A stretch of 64,000 bases of DNA from a virus: positions 266,025 to 330,024 of IMG/VR virus record IMGVR_UViG_3300042564_002819, one strand, 5' to 3'. A program made the position numbers and the translations under genes. Below are positions 56,678 to 64,000 of this stretch, one piece after another. The notes below the pieces were generated by a model. It was given only the letters and a program-made list of their open reading frames with translations, searched no databases and was not told where the DNA came from. How positions within the stretch are numbered: the stretch's first letter is position 1; the number at the start of each line of letters is the position of its first letter.

Positions 56678-56753
56678 TCCTCGTTAGCTCAGTTGGTAGA
56701 GTATTTGACTGTTAATCAAAGTGTCGCTGGTTCGAGCCCAGCACGAGGAGCCA
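56678..56753 (+). tRNA. tRNA-Asn(GTT)
   Basis: perfect acceptor TCCTCGT/ACGAGGA; loop CTGTTAA. Confidence 0.8.
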
Positions 56754-56822
56754 AAATTGAGAAGGGGATAAACACGGCAGTCTCATTGCGTAGCAACGGT
56801 GCCCTTTCTTTTAGAATAATGC

Positions 56823-56898
56823 ATCGGTATAGCTCAGCTGGTAGAGCAGCGGTCTCCAAAACCGCGTGTCCTGGGTTCGAATCCTAGTGCCGGTGCCA
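56823..56898 (+). tRNA. tRNA-Trp(CCA)
   Basis: GGTCTCCAAAACC anticodon arm as in E. coli Trp. Confidence 0.75.
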
Positions 56899-56905
56899 AA
56901 AATAC

Positions 56906-56997
56906 GGATTGATGGGTGAGAGGCTTAAACCAGCAGATTGCTAATCTGTCGTACCTTGTAAAGGGTACCGAGGGTTCGAATCCCTCTCGATCCGCCA
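56906..56997 (+). tRNA. tRNA-Ser(GCT)
   Basis: class II; loop TTGCTAA; variable arm CGTACCTTGTAAAGGGTACCG. Confidence 0.75.
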
Positions 56998-57008
56998 GAA
57001 TAAGATAC

Positions 57009-57083
57009 GGGCTGTTGGTATAGTTGGGAACACAGTAGCTTTGCAAGCTTCAATCACCGGTTCGAACCCGGTACGGTCCACCA
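57009..57083 (+). tRNA. tRNA-Ala(TGC)
   Basis: anticodon arm GTAGC-TTTGCAA-GCTTC (one mismatch); T arm ACCGG-TTCGAAC-CCGGT. Confidence 0.6.
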
Positions 57084-57090
57084 AAATAAT

Positions 57091-57112
57091 GCGGGATTAA
57101 CTCAGTGGTAGA
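57091..57112 (+). pseudogene. duplicated 5' fragment of tRNA-Val (acceptor plus D arm)
   Basis: GCGGGATTAACTCAGTGGTAGA versus GCGGAATTAGCTCAGTGGTAGA at 57547. Confidence 0.5.
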
Positions 57113-57142
57113 TAAATACTTTAAATAGGAGATACTCTACCA

Positions 57143-57556
57143 ATGGCTAAAACGTTCAACTGTTTAAATTGTAGTAAAGAAAGTAAATGGAGTTATAGCA
57201 GCACTAACAAGTATTGCAGCGGCGATTGCTTTCAAGAACACAAATGGAAAACTGTAAAAAAACTTGAAGTAGAAGCAGGGTTAGTCAATGACGGAAGCCC
57301 TGCGTTAAAAAAATACCTTGTTGAAACAAAAGGTGAATGCTGTGAAGAGTGCAAAGTTGGCACTGTTTACAACGGAAAGCCATTAACACTAACTGTTGAT
57401 CATATTGATGGTAATAGTGATAATAACTTTCCAGGCAACCTTAGACTTTTATGTCCTAATTGTCACAGTCAAACTGAAACATACAAAGGACGAAACAAAA
57501 AGAATAGTGCTCGTTCTCGATATATGAGAAAGTATAGAGATAATTTGCGGAATTAG
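57143..57556 (+). CDS. HNH homing endonuclease with N-terminal zinc finger
   Basis: CLNCSK..CSGDC finger; HNH core DHIDGNSDNNFPGNLRLLCPNCH; stop codon lies inside the tRNA-Val 5' end. Confidence 0.7.
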   Translation: MAKTFNCLNCSKESKWSYSSTNKYCSGDCFQEHKWKTVKKLEVEAGLVNDGSPALKKYLVETKGECCEECKVGTVYNGKPLTLTVDHIDGNSDNNFPGNLRLLCPNCHSQTETYKGRNKKNSARSRYMRKYRDNLRN

Positions 57557-57621
57557 CTCAGTGGTAGAGCAGGGGTTTTACACACCTCAGGCCGGGAGTT
57601 CGACCCTCTCATTCCGCACCA
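57547..57621 (+). tRNA. tRNA-Val(TAC)
   Basis: perfect acceptor GCGGAAT/ATTCCGC; loop TTTACAC. Confidence 0.75.
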
Positions 57622-57732
57622 AGTTTAGACTGGATATAATCACCCCTTGTGAGGGTGGCCCAAGGACTCAGTAACGAGATACAGCGAAGGGTTGTTGGTC
57701 AAGGCTGCAAACAGCCCAGTCTAAAGCAATAC
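57622..57732 (+). ncRNA. about 110-nt structured spacer RNA
   Basis: closing helix TTTAGACTGG/CCAGTCTAAA; internal hairpins CACCC-CTTGTGA-GGGTG and GGCTG-CAAA-CAGCC. Confidence 0.3.
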
Positions 57733-57821
57733 GGACACTTGGCAGAGATGGATTATTGCACCGGTCTTGAAAACCGACGAACCGCAAGGTTCCCAGGGTT
57801 CGAATCCCTGAGTGTCCGCCA
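57733..57821 (+). tRNA. tRNA-Ser(TGA)
   Basis: class II; perfect acceptor GGACACT/AGTGTCC; loop CTTGAAA. Confidence 0.8.
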
Positions 57822-57897
57822 TAAGCACACTAGCATCAGGCTAGTCCAGACCGTAAGGTTAACGGTGACAAGCGGGGAGAGACCCGCACAAAAATAC

Positions 57898-57974
57898 GGC
57901 CTGTTAGTCGAGTGGTTTAAGATGCCTGCCTGTCACGCAGGAGATGATGGGTTCAATTCCCATACAGGTCGCCA
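57898..57974 (+). tRNA. tRNA-Asp(GTC)
   Basis: anticodon arm CCTGCCTGTCACGCAGG identical to E. coli tRNA-Asp. Confidence 0.8.
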
Positions 57975-58126
57975 AATTGAAAGGAAGGCTCATAGTTTAC
58001 GTTTAGCCCGTTACGACGGTTTGGGCGGAAAATGGTTGAGTCACGGCACGGGCGGGTCGGGGGCTGCGTGACGGCATTGAACTATGAAGCAGTTGTCGGT
58101 CTGCGTTAACAAACACCGTCAAAATT

Positions 58127-58200
58127 GCGGGTATGGTGTAGCGGTAACATGCGAGCCTTCCAAGCTCTTGTCACGAGTTCGAATCTCGTTACCCGCTCCA
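58127..58200 (+). tRNA. tRNA-Gly(TCC)
   Basis: GCCTTCCAAGCT arm as in E. coli Gly2; perfect acceptor GCGGGTA/TACCCGC. Confidence 0.75.
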
Positions 58201-58225
58201 ATTTATCCGTATGTGAGAGGACAAT

Positions 58226-58492
58226 ATGAAAACAGAAGATGAAAAGAGAGAATTTTACGAGCGTTGCTCCTCTATGTTAGGAATAGCTCACGTTTACAAC
58301 ACGCCAGTTCCACGACGCAATAGATGGAACGCAAGACGACTGGGCAACGGACGTTATCCAGGATTTGGACTAATACAGTGCTACGGAAACGGAGCAAGAG
58401 TAGTTAGTCGACAAGGAACACGTATGTTTTATACATACGAAGCAGTTTATGAATATTTGCAGATTGTGCTTGACGCAACTGCAAAAGCGTAG
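58226..58492 (+). CDS. hypothetical basic protein
   Basis: 88-aa ORF inside the tRNA array; GAGAGG RBS. Confidence 0.35.
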   Translation: MKTEDEKREFYERCSSMLGIAHVYNTPVPRRNRWNARRLGNGRYPGFGLIQCYGNGARVVSRQGTRMFYTYEAVYEYLQIVLDATAKA

Positions 58493-58507
58493 TATAAAAA
58501 CTATAAC

Positions 58508-58583
58508 GCCCTTATAGCTCAGCTGGTAGAGCATCTGATTTGTAATCAGAGGGTCGGCGGTTCAAGTCCGTCTGGGGGCACCA
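58508..58583 (+). tRNA. tRNA-Thr(TGT)
   Basis: anticodon arm TCTGA-TTTGTAA-TCAGA. Confidence 0.8.
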
Positions 58584-58590
58584 AAATTAT

Positions 58591-58666
58591 GTCGCGTTAG
58601 CAAAAGGTTAATGCGTGTCCTGTGCAAAGGACAAGGACGGTGGTTAAACTCCCCGACGCGACTCCA
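58591..58666 (+). tRNA. tRNA-Cys(GCA)
   Basis: perfect acceptor GTCGCGT/ACGCGAC; arm GTCCT-GTGCAAA-AGGAC. Confidence 0.7.
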
Positions 58667-58672
58667 AATAAT

Positions 58673-58754
58673 GCGGATGTGGTGTAATGGTAGCCACGCT
58701 GGTCTTAGAAGCCAGTGCGTAAGCGTGAGAGTTCGAGTCTCTCCATCCGCACCA
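58673..58754 (+). tRNA. tRNA-Leu(TAG)
   Basis: class II; loop CTTAGAA; paralogous to the Leu(GAG) at 30791. Confidence 0.75.
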
Positions 58755-58798
58755 AAATATTTCTTATCTTAAAAAGTTTTAAATTTAGAAAGATTAAC

Positions 58799-59242
58799 AT
58801 GCAATTTTATGAAAAAGTAACTTTTTTACCAAGCATTCCAGAAGGTTTAATAAAACCTTTAGATATAATCGAATCGATGCCGAATGTTTTTCCAGATCCG
58901 GATTACGCTCATACTTATGCCAGCTATAAGGCAAATGACGATTTACAAGCTTGGGCACAAAGTTATTTTGACTTTCCTGTACTTGCAAGATATCAGGTAA
59001 TTAAACAACAATTGCCTATTCATGTTGACGTTGGAATTGTAGGAATAAAATATAACTACCTTATTAGCAGGGGTGGTGACGATGTAAAAACAAGATGGTG
59101 GGATAGTGTAGAAAATCCTTCAAAAATACTTTTTGAAACTACTTCGCCATTACGTGTGTGGCACAGCTTAAACATCGAAGTGCCACACGATATAACAGAA
59201 ATTAGTTATCCTAGAATTAGTGTAACTATAAGAAAAAAATAG
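58799..59242 (+). CDS. hypothetical protein
   Basis: ORF from the first ATG after tRNA-Leu. Confidence 0.35.
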   Translation: MQFYEKVTFLPSIPEGLIKPLDIIESMPNVFPDPDYAHTYASYKANDDLQAWAQSYFDFPVLARYQVIKQQLPIHVDVGIVGIKYNYLISRGGDDVKTRWWDSVENPSKILFETTSPLRVWHSLNIEVPHDITEISYPRISVTIRKK

Positions 59243-59270
59243 TAATAACTTTTTTAAAGAAAAATACTGT

Positions 59271-59346
59271 TGGGAAGTAGCTCAATTGGTAGAGTAGCGG
59301 ACTTTGAATCCGTTGGTTGGTGGTTCGAATCCACCCTTCCCAGCCA
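59271..59346 (+). tRNA. tRNA-Gln(TTG)
   Basis: U1-A72 start TGGGAAG/CTTCCCA as in bacterial Gln; loop CTTTGAA. Confidence 0.75.
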
Positions 59347-59352
59347 AGATAT

Positions 59353-59429
59353 CGGAGTATAGCACAGCCTGGTAGTGCGATGGTTTTGGGTACCATAGGT
59401 CGAGGGTTCGAATCCTTCTACTCCGACCA
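59353..59429 (+). tRNA. tRNA-Pro(TGG)
   Basis: C1-G72 acceptor CGGAGTA/TACTCCG; D arm GCACAGCCTGGTAGTGC; loop TTTGGGT. Confidence 0.75.
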
Positions 59430-59646
59430 CGATTAAACTGTTGATCTAACCTCGGACTCGAACAAATAGCCATAGGCTTAGGCAGGTAGTACGGCGGATT
59501 AGTGTTAGACAACATTCGGACCAAGTAATCCGTGAGGTCCAGCTATTAGTGATGGCGGGGACGAACAAGCGGCTGATTTGGTATCAGTCGTGAGGCGGTA
59601 AGCTGCACCATAGGTGTCGTAGGCCGGGACTTGTTCAATTTATTAT
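59430..59646 (+). ncRNA. about 215-nt structured spacer within the tRNA array
   Basis: no ORF; GC-rich paired segments (GGCGGATTAGTG..CCAAGTAATCCGTG). Confidence 0.25.
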
Positions 59647-59724
59647 CTGGGTATAGCTCAGTCTGTGAAGAGTGCTCGCCTTGGAAGCGAGAGGTCGCTG
59701 GTTCAAATCCAGTTACCCAGACCA
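59647..59724 (+). tRNA. tRNA-Pro-like(TGG), second copy
   Basis: C1-G72 acceptor CTGGGTA/TACCCAG; arm CTCGC-CTTGGAA-GCGAG. Confidence 0.6.
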
Positions 59725-59731
59725 AAATAAC

Positions 59732-59816
59732 GCGGTGTTGGACAAGATGGATTGTCAGAGGATTCTAAACCTTAGTAGGCAGGATCGTTACCTGTACGCC
59801 GCACCAATACACACAT
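59732..59816 (+). tRNA. non-canonical tRNA-like (possible pseudogene or suppressor)
   Basis: acceptor GCGGTGT/ACGCCGC and CCA present, but T loop ATCGTTA and anticodon arm irregular (loop region ATTCTAAA, could present TCT or CTA). Confidence 0.3.
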
Positions 59817-59919
59817 ATGATGCCGTAGCCCGACGCTGGTATGTGTGAAACCTAAATATCGGGCATGTAATTTAATAAAGGAAAGAAAAATGTCGTAGAT
59901 TGAATATGCTTGTAAAGAT

Positions 59920-60456
59920 GTGGTGTTCCACTTTAACAAAAAACACTTGGAAGATGAAACTATTCCGATGTGGGTGATTAAGTTTCGAGGCGAAACCTAT
60001 TATGTAAATCATGTCGAATGTAGTGTTCCGTGGAGTACAAAAGAAACGCCTGATAACAATCACACTAAAGGCAGTATCAAAGTCAAGGATTGTTTAGTTA
60101 TTATTGATGATGAGAACTGTGCTAACATTCGTGTGTTAACTCCAGCAGATCGTTTGCGTCTTACTAAAGAACAAACTGTAAGAGTTATTACCGAGCAAGG
60201 AGCAAAACTGCGTACTGCACTACAGAACATGGCACATGGTCCGATTAAGTTAGCAGGTGGAGGATGTGGCACTACTTGGTATATCACAGATATTCCCAGT
60301 AAGAAACATTTAACAATACTACAACTACAGATTCCTTATATTAGGCAATTGATGCCCAATGAGGATTATTACAAGAAATATGATCAAACATCTTCAGATA
60401 CTGAATGGTTAGATGATGATGACGACTACGAGTGGGAAGACCTTTATGAAAATTGA
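59920..60456 (+). CDS. hypothetical protein
   Basis: 178-aa ORF with acidic C-terminus. Confidence 0.4.
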   Translation: MVFHFNKKHLEDETIPMWVIKFRGETYYVNHVECSVPWSTKETPDNNHTKGSIKVKDCLVIIDDENCANIRVLTPADRLRLTKEQTVRVITEQGAKLRTALQNMAHGPIKLAGGGCGTTWYITDIPSKKHLTILQLQIPYIRQLMPNEDYYKKYDQTSSDTEWLDDDDDYEWEDLYEN

Positions 60457-60625
60457 AGTGCCTCACTCGTTACTAAAAGAAGTCTGTGCTACAATTCGTC
60501 AATTCAAATTAAGGCACGGGCCATTCTACAAACTGTTAAATAGCTATAGGATATATTTGTATCCAAGTAGTAAATTAAGTTTGTTTTTGATTAAACATTC
60601 TAGCACTGTTACAGTGCTAGAATAA
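60413..60625 (+). CDS. hypothetical small protein (doubtful)
   Basis: 70-aa overlapping ORF. Confidence 0.2.
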   Translation: MMMTTTSGKTFMKIEVPHSLLKEVCATIRQFKLRHGPFYKLLNSYRIYLYPSSKLSLFLIKHSSTVTVLE

Positions 60626-60626
60626 T

Positions 60627-60701
60627 GCGGGCGTAGCTCAGGGGTAGAGCGTCACCTTGCCAAGGTGAATGTCGTGGGTTCGAATCCCATCGCCCGCTCC
60701 A
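60627..60701 (+). tRNA. tRNA-Gly(GCC)
   Basis: perfect acceptor GCGGGCG/CGCCCGC; arm TCACC-TTGCCAA-GGTGA. Confidence 0.8.
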
Positions 60702-60719
60702 ATTGTTGAAAGATATTGT

Positions 60720-61301
60720 ATGAGTAAAATAGAGCACTTTTATCATCTTCCGCACTTCGAAGAAGAATGGTTTACATATTCGGCTTTATATTCTGATATG
60801 GTAGCTAAATTTCCATCCGGAAGTAAGTTTGTTGAAGTCGGTTGTTGGAAGGGAAGATCTGCTGCTTATATGTGTGTAGAAATTGCTAATTCAAAAAAAG
60901 ACATTGATTTTTATTGTGTTGACTTTTGGCATGTATCAGCAGAGCATGAAATAGAAGAACCCCATCTAAAAAATTTGTATGAAATTTTTCTTTCTAATAT
61001 GAAACCAGTTGAAGCTTTTTATAAGCCAATGAAAATACCGTCGTCTGATGCTGCAAAAAAATTTAAAGACGAAAGTTTAGATTTTGTTTTTATTGATGCT
61101 GGACATCAATACGATGAAGTAAAAGATGATATTCTTGCATGGTATCCAAAAATTAAAAAAGGTGGCATACTAGCAGGACATGATTTTTATCCAACTGAGC
61201 CAACTTGGGGAGATGTTTCTAAAGTAGTAAACGAACTTTTTCCAAATAATTATGAAGTTTTAATAGAACAAAGTTGCTTTCTAGTAAATAAGCCGGTATA
61301 G
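60720..61301 (+). CDS. class I SAM-dependent methyltransferase-like
   Basis: KFVEVGCWKGRSAAYM (motif I-like) and FVFIDAGHQYDEV (motif IV-like). Confidence 0.5.
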   Translation: MSKIEHFYHLPHFEEEWFTYSALYSDMVAKFPSGSKFVEVGCWKGRSAAYMCVEIANSKKDIDFYCVDFWHVSAEHEIEEPHLKNLYEIFLSNMKPVEAFYKPMKIPSSDAAKKFKDESLDFVFIDAGHQYDEVKDDILAWYPKIKKGGILAGHDFYPTEPTWGDVSKVVNELFPNNYEVLIEQSCFLVNKPV

Positions 61302-61365
61302 CTGAGTGGTTTAGCAGCTGATTAGTAATCAGCTGACGGGAGTTCGATTCTCTCTACCGGCACCA
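61292..61365 (+). tRNA. tRNA-Thr-like, anticodon reads AGT (A34)
   Basis: acceptor GCCGGTA/TACCGGC (Thr-like); perfect anticodon stem GCTGA/TCAGC with loop TTAGTAA. Confidence 0.6.
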
Positions 61366-61400
61366 AATCTAAATTTTTTATTAATTAATAGGTATCCAAG

Positions 61401-62156
61401 TTGAAAATAGTCGACGAAAGAAAAGATCCAAATTTTGGAACAGTAATGAATTTTGAACATATTAGTTTGCCTCCTCAAGGGTATAACGGTAAACTGTTTT
61501 TAGATTTTTCTAAGTATGCTAATTTTGATTTTGAAAAAATGGATACAGAAATATGTTTAGCATTATCAAAAATTGATTTAAATAAATATCCTATTGTTTC
61601 GGGGGTTATGCCTCCAAAATTAAAATACGGAATATTTGAAAATGAAGTAATGTACAACTTTACTGGAGATAGAGAAAATTTAAAAAATCTTTCTCCAATG
61701 GAGATGCGTAAATTTTTGTTTTTTAAACACAAAACTCTTTTACCTTGGTTCTTTGTTGTAGACTTAAAACCGAGTCTCTTTTTTGAAAGATCGGAAGATA
61801 AACATCCGTGGAGCGAAGTTAGTAAACTTACTCCATATACAAGACAGTGCATTGAGAGTCTTCCTTTCAAATCAATAGGCAGAGTAGTTATATATGGATC
61901 TTGGCCACAAGCTGAAGTACCATGCCACAGAGATTGGATACCCGACGGTGTTTTCCATCATCATATAAATCTTAATCCTGGTGGATACAGACCAGTCTAC
62001 ATTTATGATCCTGAAACAGATACAAAGAATTATTTACCGGAAAGCTATAAGTTGTATGCTTATCAAACAACCGATTACCACGGCGTAGATGCTCTTACGC
62101 ATTTTAGTTATACAATACGCATAGACGGAATTTATAATGACGACGTAGAATTGTAA
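61401..62156 (+). CDS. hypothetical protein (possible His-rich metal-binding/oxygenase fold)
   Basis: 251 aa; PCHRDW...HHHINL cluster. Confidence 0.3.
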   Translation: MKIVDERKDPNFGTVMNFEHISLPPQGYNGKLFLDFSKYANFDFEKMDTEICLALSKIDLNKYPIVSGVMPPKLKYGIFENEVMYNFTGDRENLKNLSPMEMRKFLFFKHKTLLPWFFVVDLKPSLFFERSEDKHPWSEVSKLTPYTRQCIESLPFKSIGRVVIYGSWPQAEVPCHRDWIPDGVFHHHINLNPGGYRPVYIYDPETDTKNYLPESYKLYAYQTTDYHGVDALTHFSYTIRIDGIYNDDVEL

Positions 62157-62230
62157 TTTACAAATTTGAAAACGTTAAAAAACGATAATATAAATACTGT
62201 AAATTATTAACAAATAGTGAAATATATAAA

Positions 62231-62992
62231 ATGAATTATCACATAAAAAACTTTATTATCCCTATACATGTCTTATTTTTAGTATCACTAATTGGTATGT
62301 ATTTAAATATAATCGATTTTCATATTTGGTTATTTTTAATAGGGTGGACTTTGATCTATGGGCTAGGTCTTGTTGTAGGATTTCATAAATTGTTATCCCA
62401 TAGCTCTTTTAAAACAAACAAATACATATCTTATGTGTTAGCTTACTTAGGATGCTTAGGAATTAGCGGATCACCTATATGGTGGGCTGCTATACATAGA
62501 GGACATCATCATGCTCATACTGAGACTGAAAAAGACCTTCAAAGTCCACGTCGTGGATGGCTTACATCTTACATAGGTTGGCAGTTTGGTGAAGAAACAA
62601 GTAAAATAAGTTTAAAGTATGCATCTGATTTAATAAAAGATCCTTTTTATCTTTTTTTACACAAGAATTATAGATTAGTTGTTTGGAGTACAGTGATTAT
62701 TGTTGGTATGTTGTCACCATCTGTTGCAGTTTCATTATTAATATTTCCGATGATTGCAGCACACCATGGAGAAAATATTACCAATTCATTTGGTCATAGC
62801 AGGTTTGCTGGTTACAGAAATTTTAATACCAACGACGACACTATAAATAACCCATTGTTAGCATTTATAACTTGGGGTCAGCTTTTGCATAACAATCATC
62901 ATGCTAAGCCAAATAACGATAGTTTTGCCATTAAATGGTTTGAATTTGATCCAACTTCTCCTTTTGTATGGATTTTAAAAAAACTAAAATAG
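62231..62992 (+). CDS. membrane fatty-acid desaturase (acyl-lipid/acyl-CoA Delta9-type)
   Basis: three His boxes HKLLSH, HRGHHHAH, HNNHHAKP and four TM segments. Confidence 0.7.
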   Translation: MNYHIKNFIIPIHVLFLVSLIGMYLNIIDFHIWLFLIGWTLIYGLGLVVGFHKLLSHSSFKTNKYISYVLAYLGCLGISGSPIWWAAIHRGHHHAHTETEKDLQSPRRGWLTSYIGWQFGEETSKISLKYASDLIKDPFYLFLHKNYRLVVWSTVIIVGMLSPSVAVSLLIFPMIAAHHGENITNSFGHSRFAGYRNFNTNDDTINNPLLAFITWGQLLHNNHHAKPNNDSFAIKWFEFDPTSPFVWILKKLK

Positions 62993-63049
62993 TTACAATA
63001 TAAACATTTTTCTGTAACAGAAAAAAAATAAAAAAGTTGAAAAAAGTGG

Positions 63050-63079
63050 TTGACCTTTGAGGCAACATGCACTATATTA
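63050..63079 (+). promoter_or_regulatory. sigma70-like promoter
   Basis: TTGACC-N18-TATATT; shares CACTATATTAAC with the promoter at 56104. Confidence 0.5.
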
Positions 63080-63083
63080 ACTA

Positions 63084-63127
63084 CATAAGCAGCAAATGTG
63101 TTGCTTACACGCTCTTTGAAAATTTAG
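63084..63127 (+). promoter_or_regulatory. boxB-like hairpin plus boxA-like motif
   Basis: AAGCAGCA-AATG-TGTTGCTT hairpin then CGCTCTTTGAAAATTTAG. Confidence 0.5.
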
Positions 63128-64000
63128 TAACTTAACTGCAATAATCAACAGTTTAGCGAAAGGCTAAAGATTGTGGTTGTGCTGAGTAATTAACAGTTTA
63201 AATCAGCAAGTGATGCGTGATTAGGTAAACTGTTGTTTATTGCAGTTTTTAAGATGGGCGGCTTAGCGTCCACGTAAGGGTAAGTGCGGTAACGCACCCA
63301 AAGGCAGGTTTCCTATAAACTGCCGCCAGCAATGGTCCACCTAAGCAAGCCTGAACTAAGGTTGACTCGGTTTAACCCGAAAGCAACCTCCGTCCTTAGG
63401 CGGGCGGTAGGCAGTAAGTTAGAGTTGTAGTCCGAAAGGATAGGCACAGAGCCGGTCGGTGAGTGCTAAGAGGCTGTGGTGGCTGAACTGCAACATACCA
63501 AACTAACGAATGCTGAAGGTTAACAGGTAGCTACACTGTCTGAGCCCGCAAGCAAAGGCATGGTAGCATCACAAGAGTGGAAGGGTTAGGCCCCGGATAC
63601 TTGAAGTGACGTTGAGTAGCTCGCAAGGCAAAAGACAGTCGGTGTGTTGTATACTGTATCTAACAAGGTATGGTGCAACTGGGACAGCACATCGAAGTAG
63701 GTTCGCAATATTGCATAACGGTAATGCAATCGTCTTATGAAACGATGGATTGTAGGTTCAACTCCTACTATTGAAACAAAAGCGAAAGACTGTCCCGGTA
63801 CGTTGTGAAAGGTGGTTAATGCCACACTCGCAAGAGAATGTGGTCTACGGATGCTCGCAAGGCTGATGTAGTTGTTCGGAAAGATAGCGTAAGGGTTTAG
63901 CGACTCTGAACTGCTCGCAAGGCAGACGAAGGATAGAAGGACGAGTAGCAACGTGCGACGAGAGAAACGCCACTCTCCAAAAAAGGCACCACTGGGAGAT
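63128..64000 (+). ncRNA. large structured ncRNA (partial, runs off window end)
   Basis: more than 870 nt with no credible ORF; many GNRA/GAAA-type loops (CCGAAAGG, CCCGAAAGCAACC, CGCAAG); 10-mer CTCGCAAGGC repeated 3 times plus CCCGCAAGCA. Confidence 0.5.

Noticed and set aside
56693-58071. ORFs 56693..56887, 56834..57046(-), 57649..58071 inside the tRNA array
   Set aside because: They run straight through tRNA-Asn, Trp, Ser and Asp genes and have no RBS. Only the HNH gene (57143..57556) and 58226..58492 look genuine.
59282-59524. 80-aa minus-strand ORF
   Set aside because: It is antisense to tRNA-Gln and tRNA-Pro.
63128-64000. Possibility that the terminal non-coding region is an rRNA gene, because of the boxA leader
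   Set aside because: There are no 16S or 23S signature sequences (no AGAGTTTGATC, no GTGCCAGCAGCCGCGG-like stretches). It is a structured ncRNA instead. The 121-aa antisense ORF 63586..63951 is likewise discounted.
1-64000. CRISPR arrays, integrases, transposases, capsid or tail genes
   Set aside because: None found. There are no regularly spaced direct repeats. The only mobile-type genes are the HNH and GIY-YIG nucleases.

Overview
This 64 kb window reads as the early/accessory region of a large T4-like marine phage (myovirus-type). It is AT-rich (roughly 38% GC by eye) and almost entirely coded on the + strand. Hallmark phage genes are rIIA/rIIB, RNA ligase 1, a Pnk-like kinase, thymidine kinase, NadV/NatV NAD salvage, GIY-YIG and HNH nucleases, and about 110 mostly small ORFs. 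Sigma70-type promoters (TTGACA-N16-18-TAnnnT) and rho-independent hairpin terminators are scattered throughout, and there are no structural (capsid or tail) genes. At least 28 tRNA genes sit in five clusters and cover all 20 amino acids. Several of them are odd: two apparent A34 anticodons, a 5' tRNA half duplicated by an HNH insertion, and class II-like or non-canonical tRNA-like elements. Host-like auxiliary modules are: (a) translation factors: bS21, IF-1, a PTH2-like hydrolase and a TilS-like enzyme; (b) ClpS, Hsp20, a GMP reductase-like enzyme, heme oxygenase plus a PebS-like bilin reductase, an ornithine/arginine decarboxylase-like enzyme and a fatty-acid desaturase; (c) a curli-type secretion module at 4.4-9.3 kb: CsgF-like and CsgG-like genes plus two secreted curlin-repeat proteins, one carrying a discoidin domain; (d) a CHASE2-sensor class III nucleotidyl cyclase with an EF-hand membrane protein; (e) an ADP-ribosylation writer/eraser set: a 1019-aa Alt-like ADP-ribosyltransferase candidate fused to about eight KOW repeats and a C-terminal domain about 50% identical to sigma70 region 1.1, an adjacent DraG-like ADP-ribosylglycohydrolase, and a distant macro-domain protein; (f) a GC-rich (about 50%) four-gene moron island in which each of three units carries its own near-identical promoter and leader; (g) two promoters followed by rrn/nut-like boxB-boxA antitermination motifs, one driving a roughly 500-nt leader plus a 27-tRNA operon, the other a large GNRA-rich structured ncRNA that runs off the window end. 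Host assignment is ambiguous, because the window mixes cyanophage-type (ho1/pebS), pelagiphage/flavophage-type (bS21) and KVP40-type (NadV/NatV) markers.
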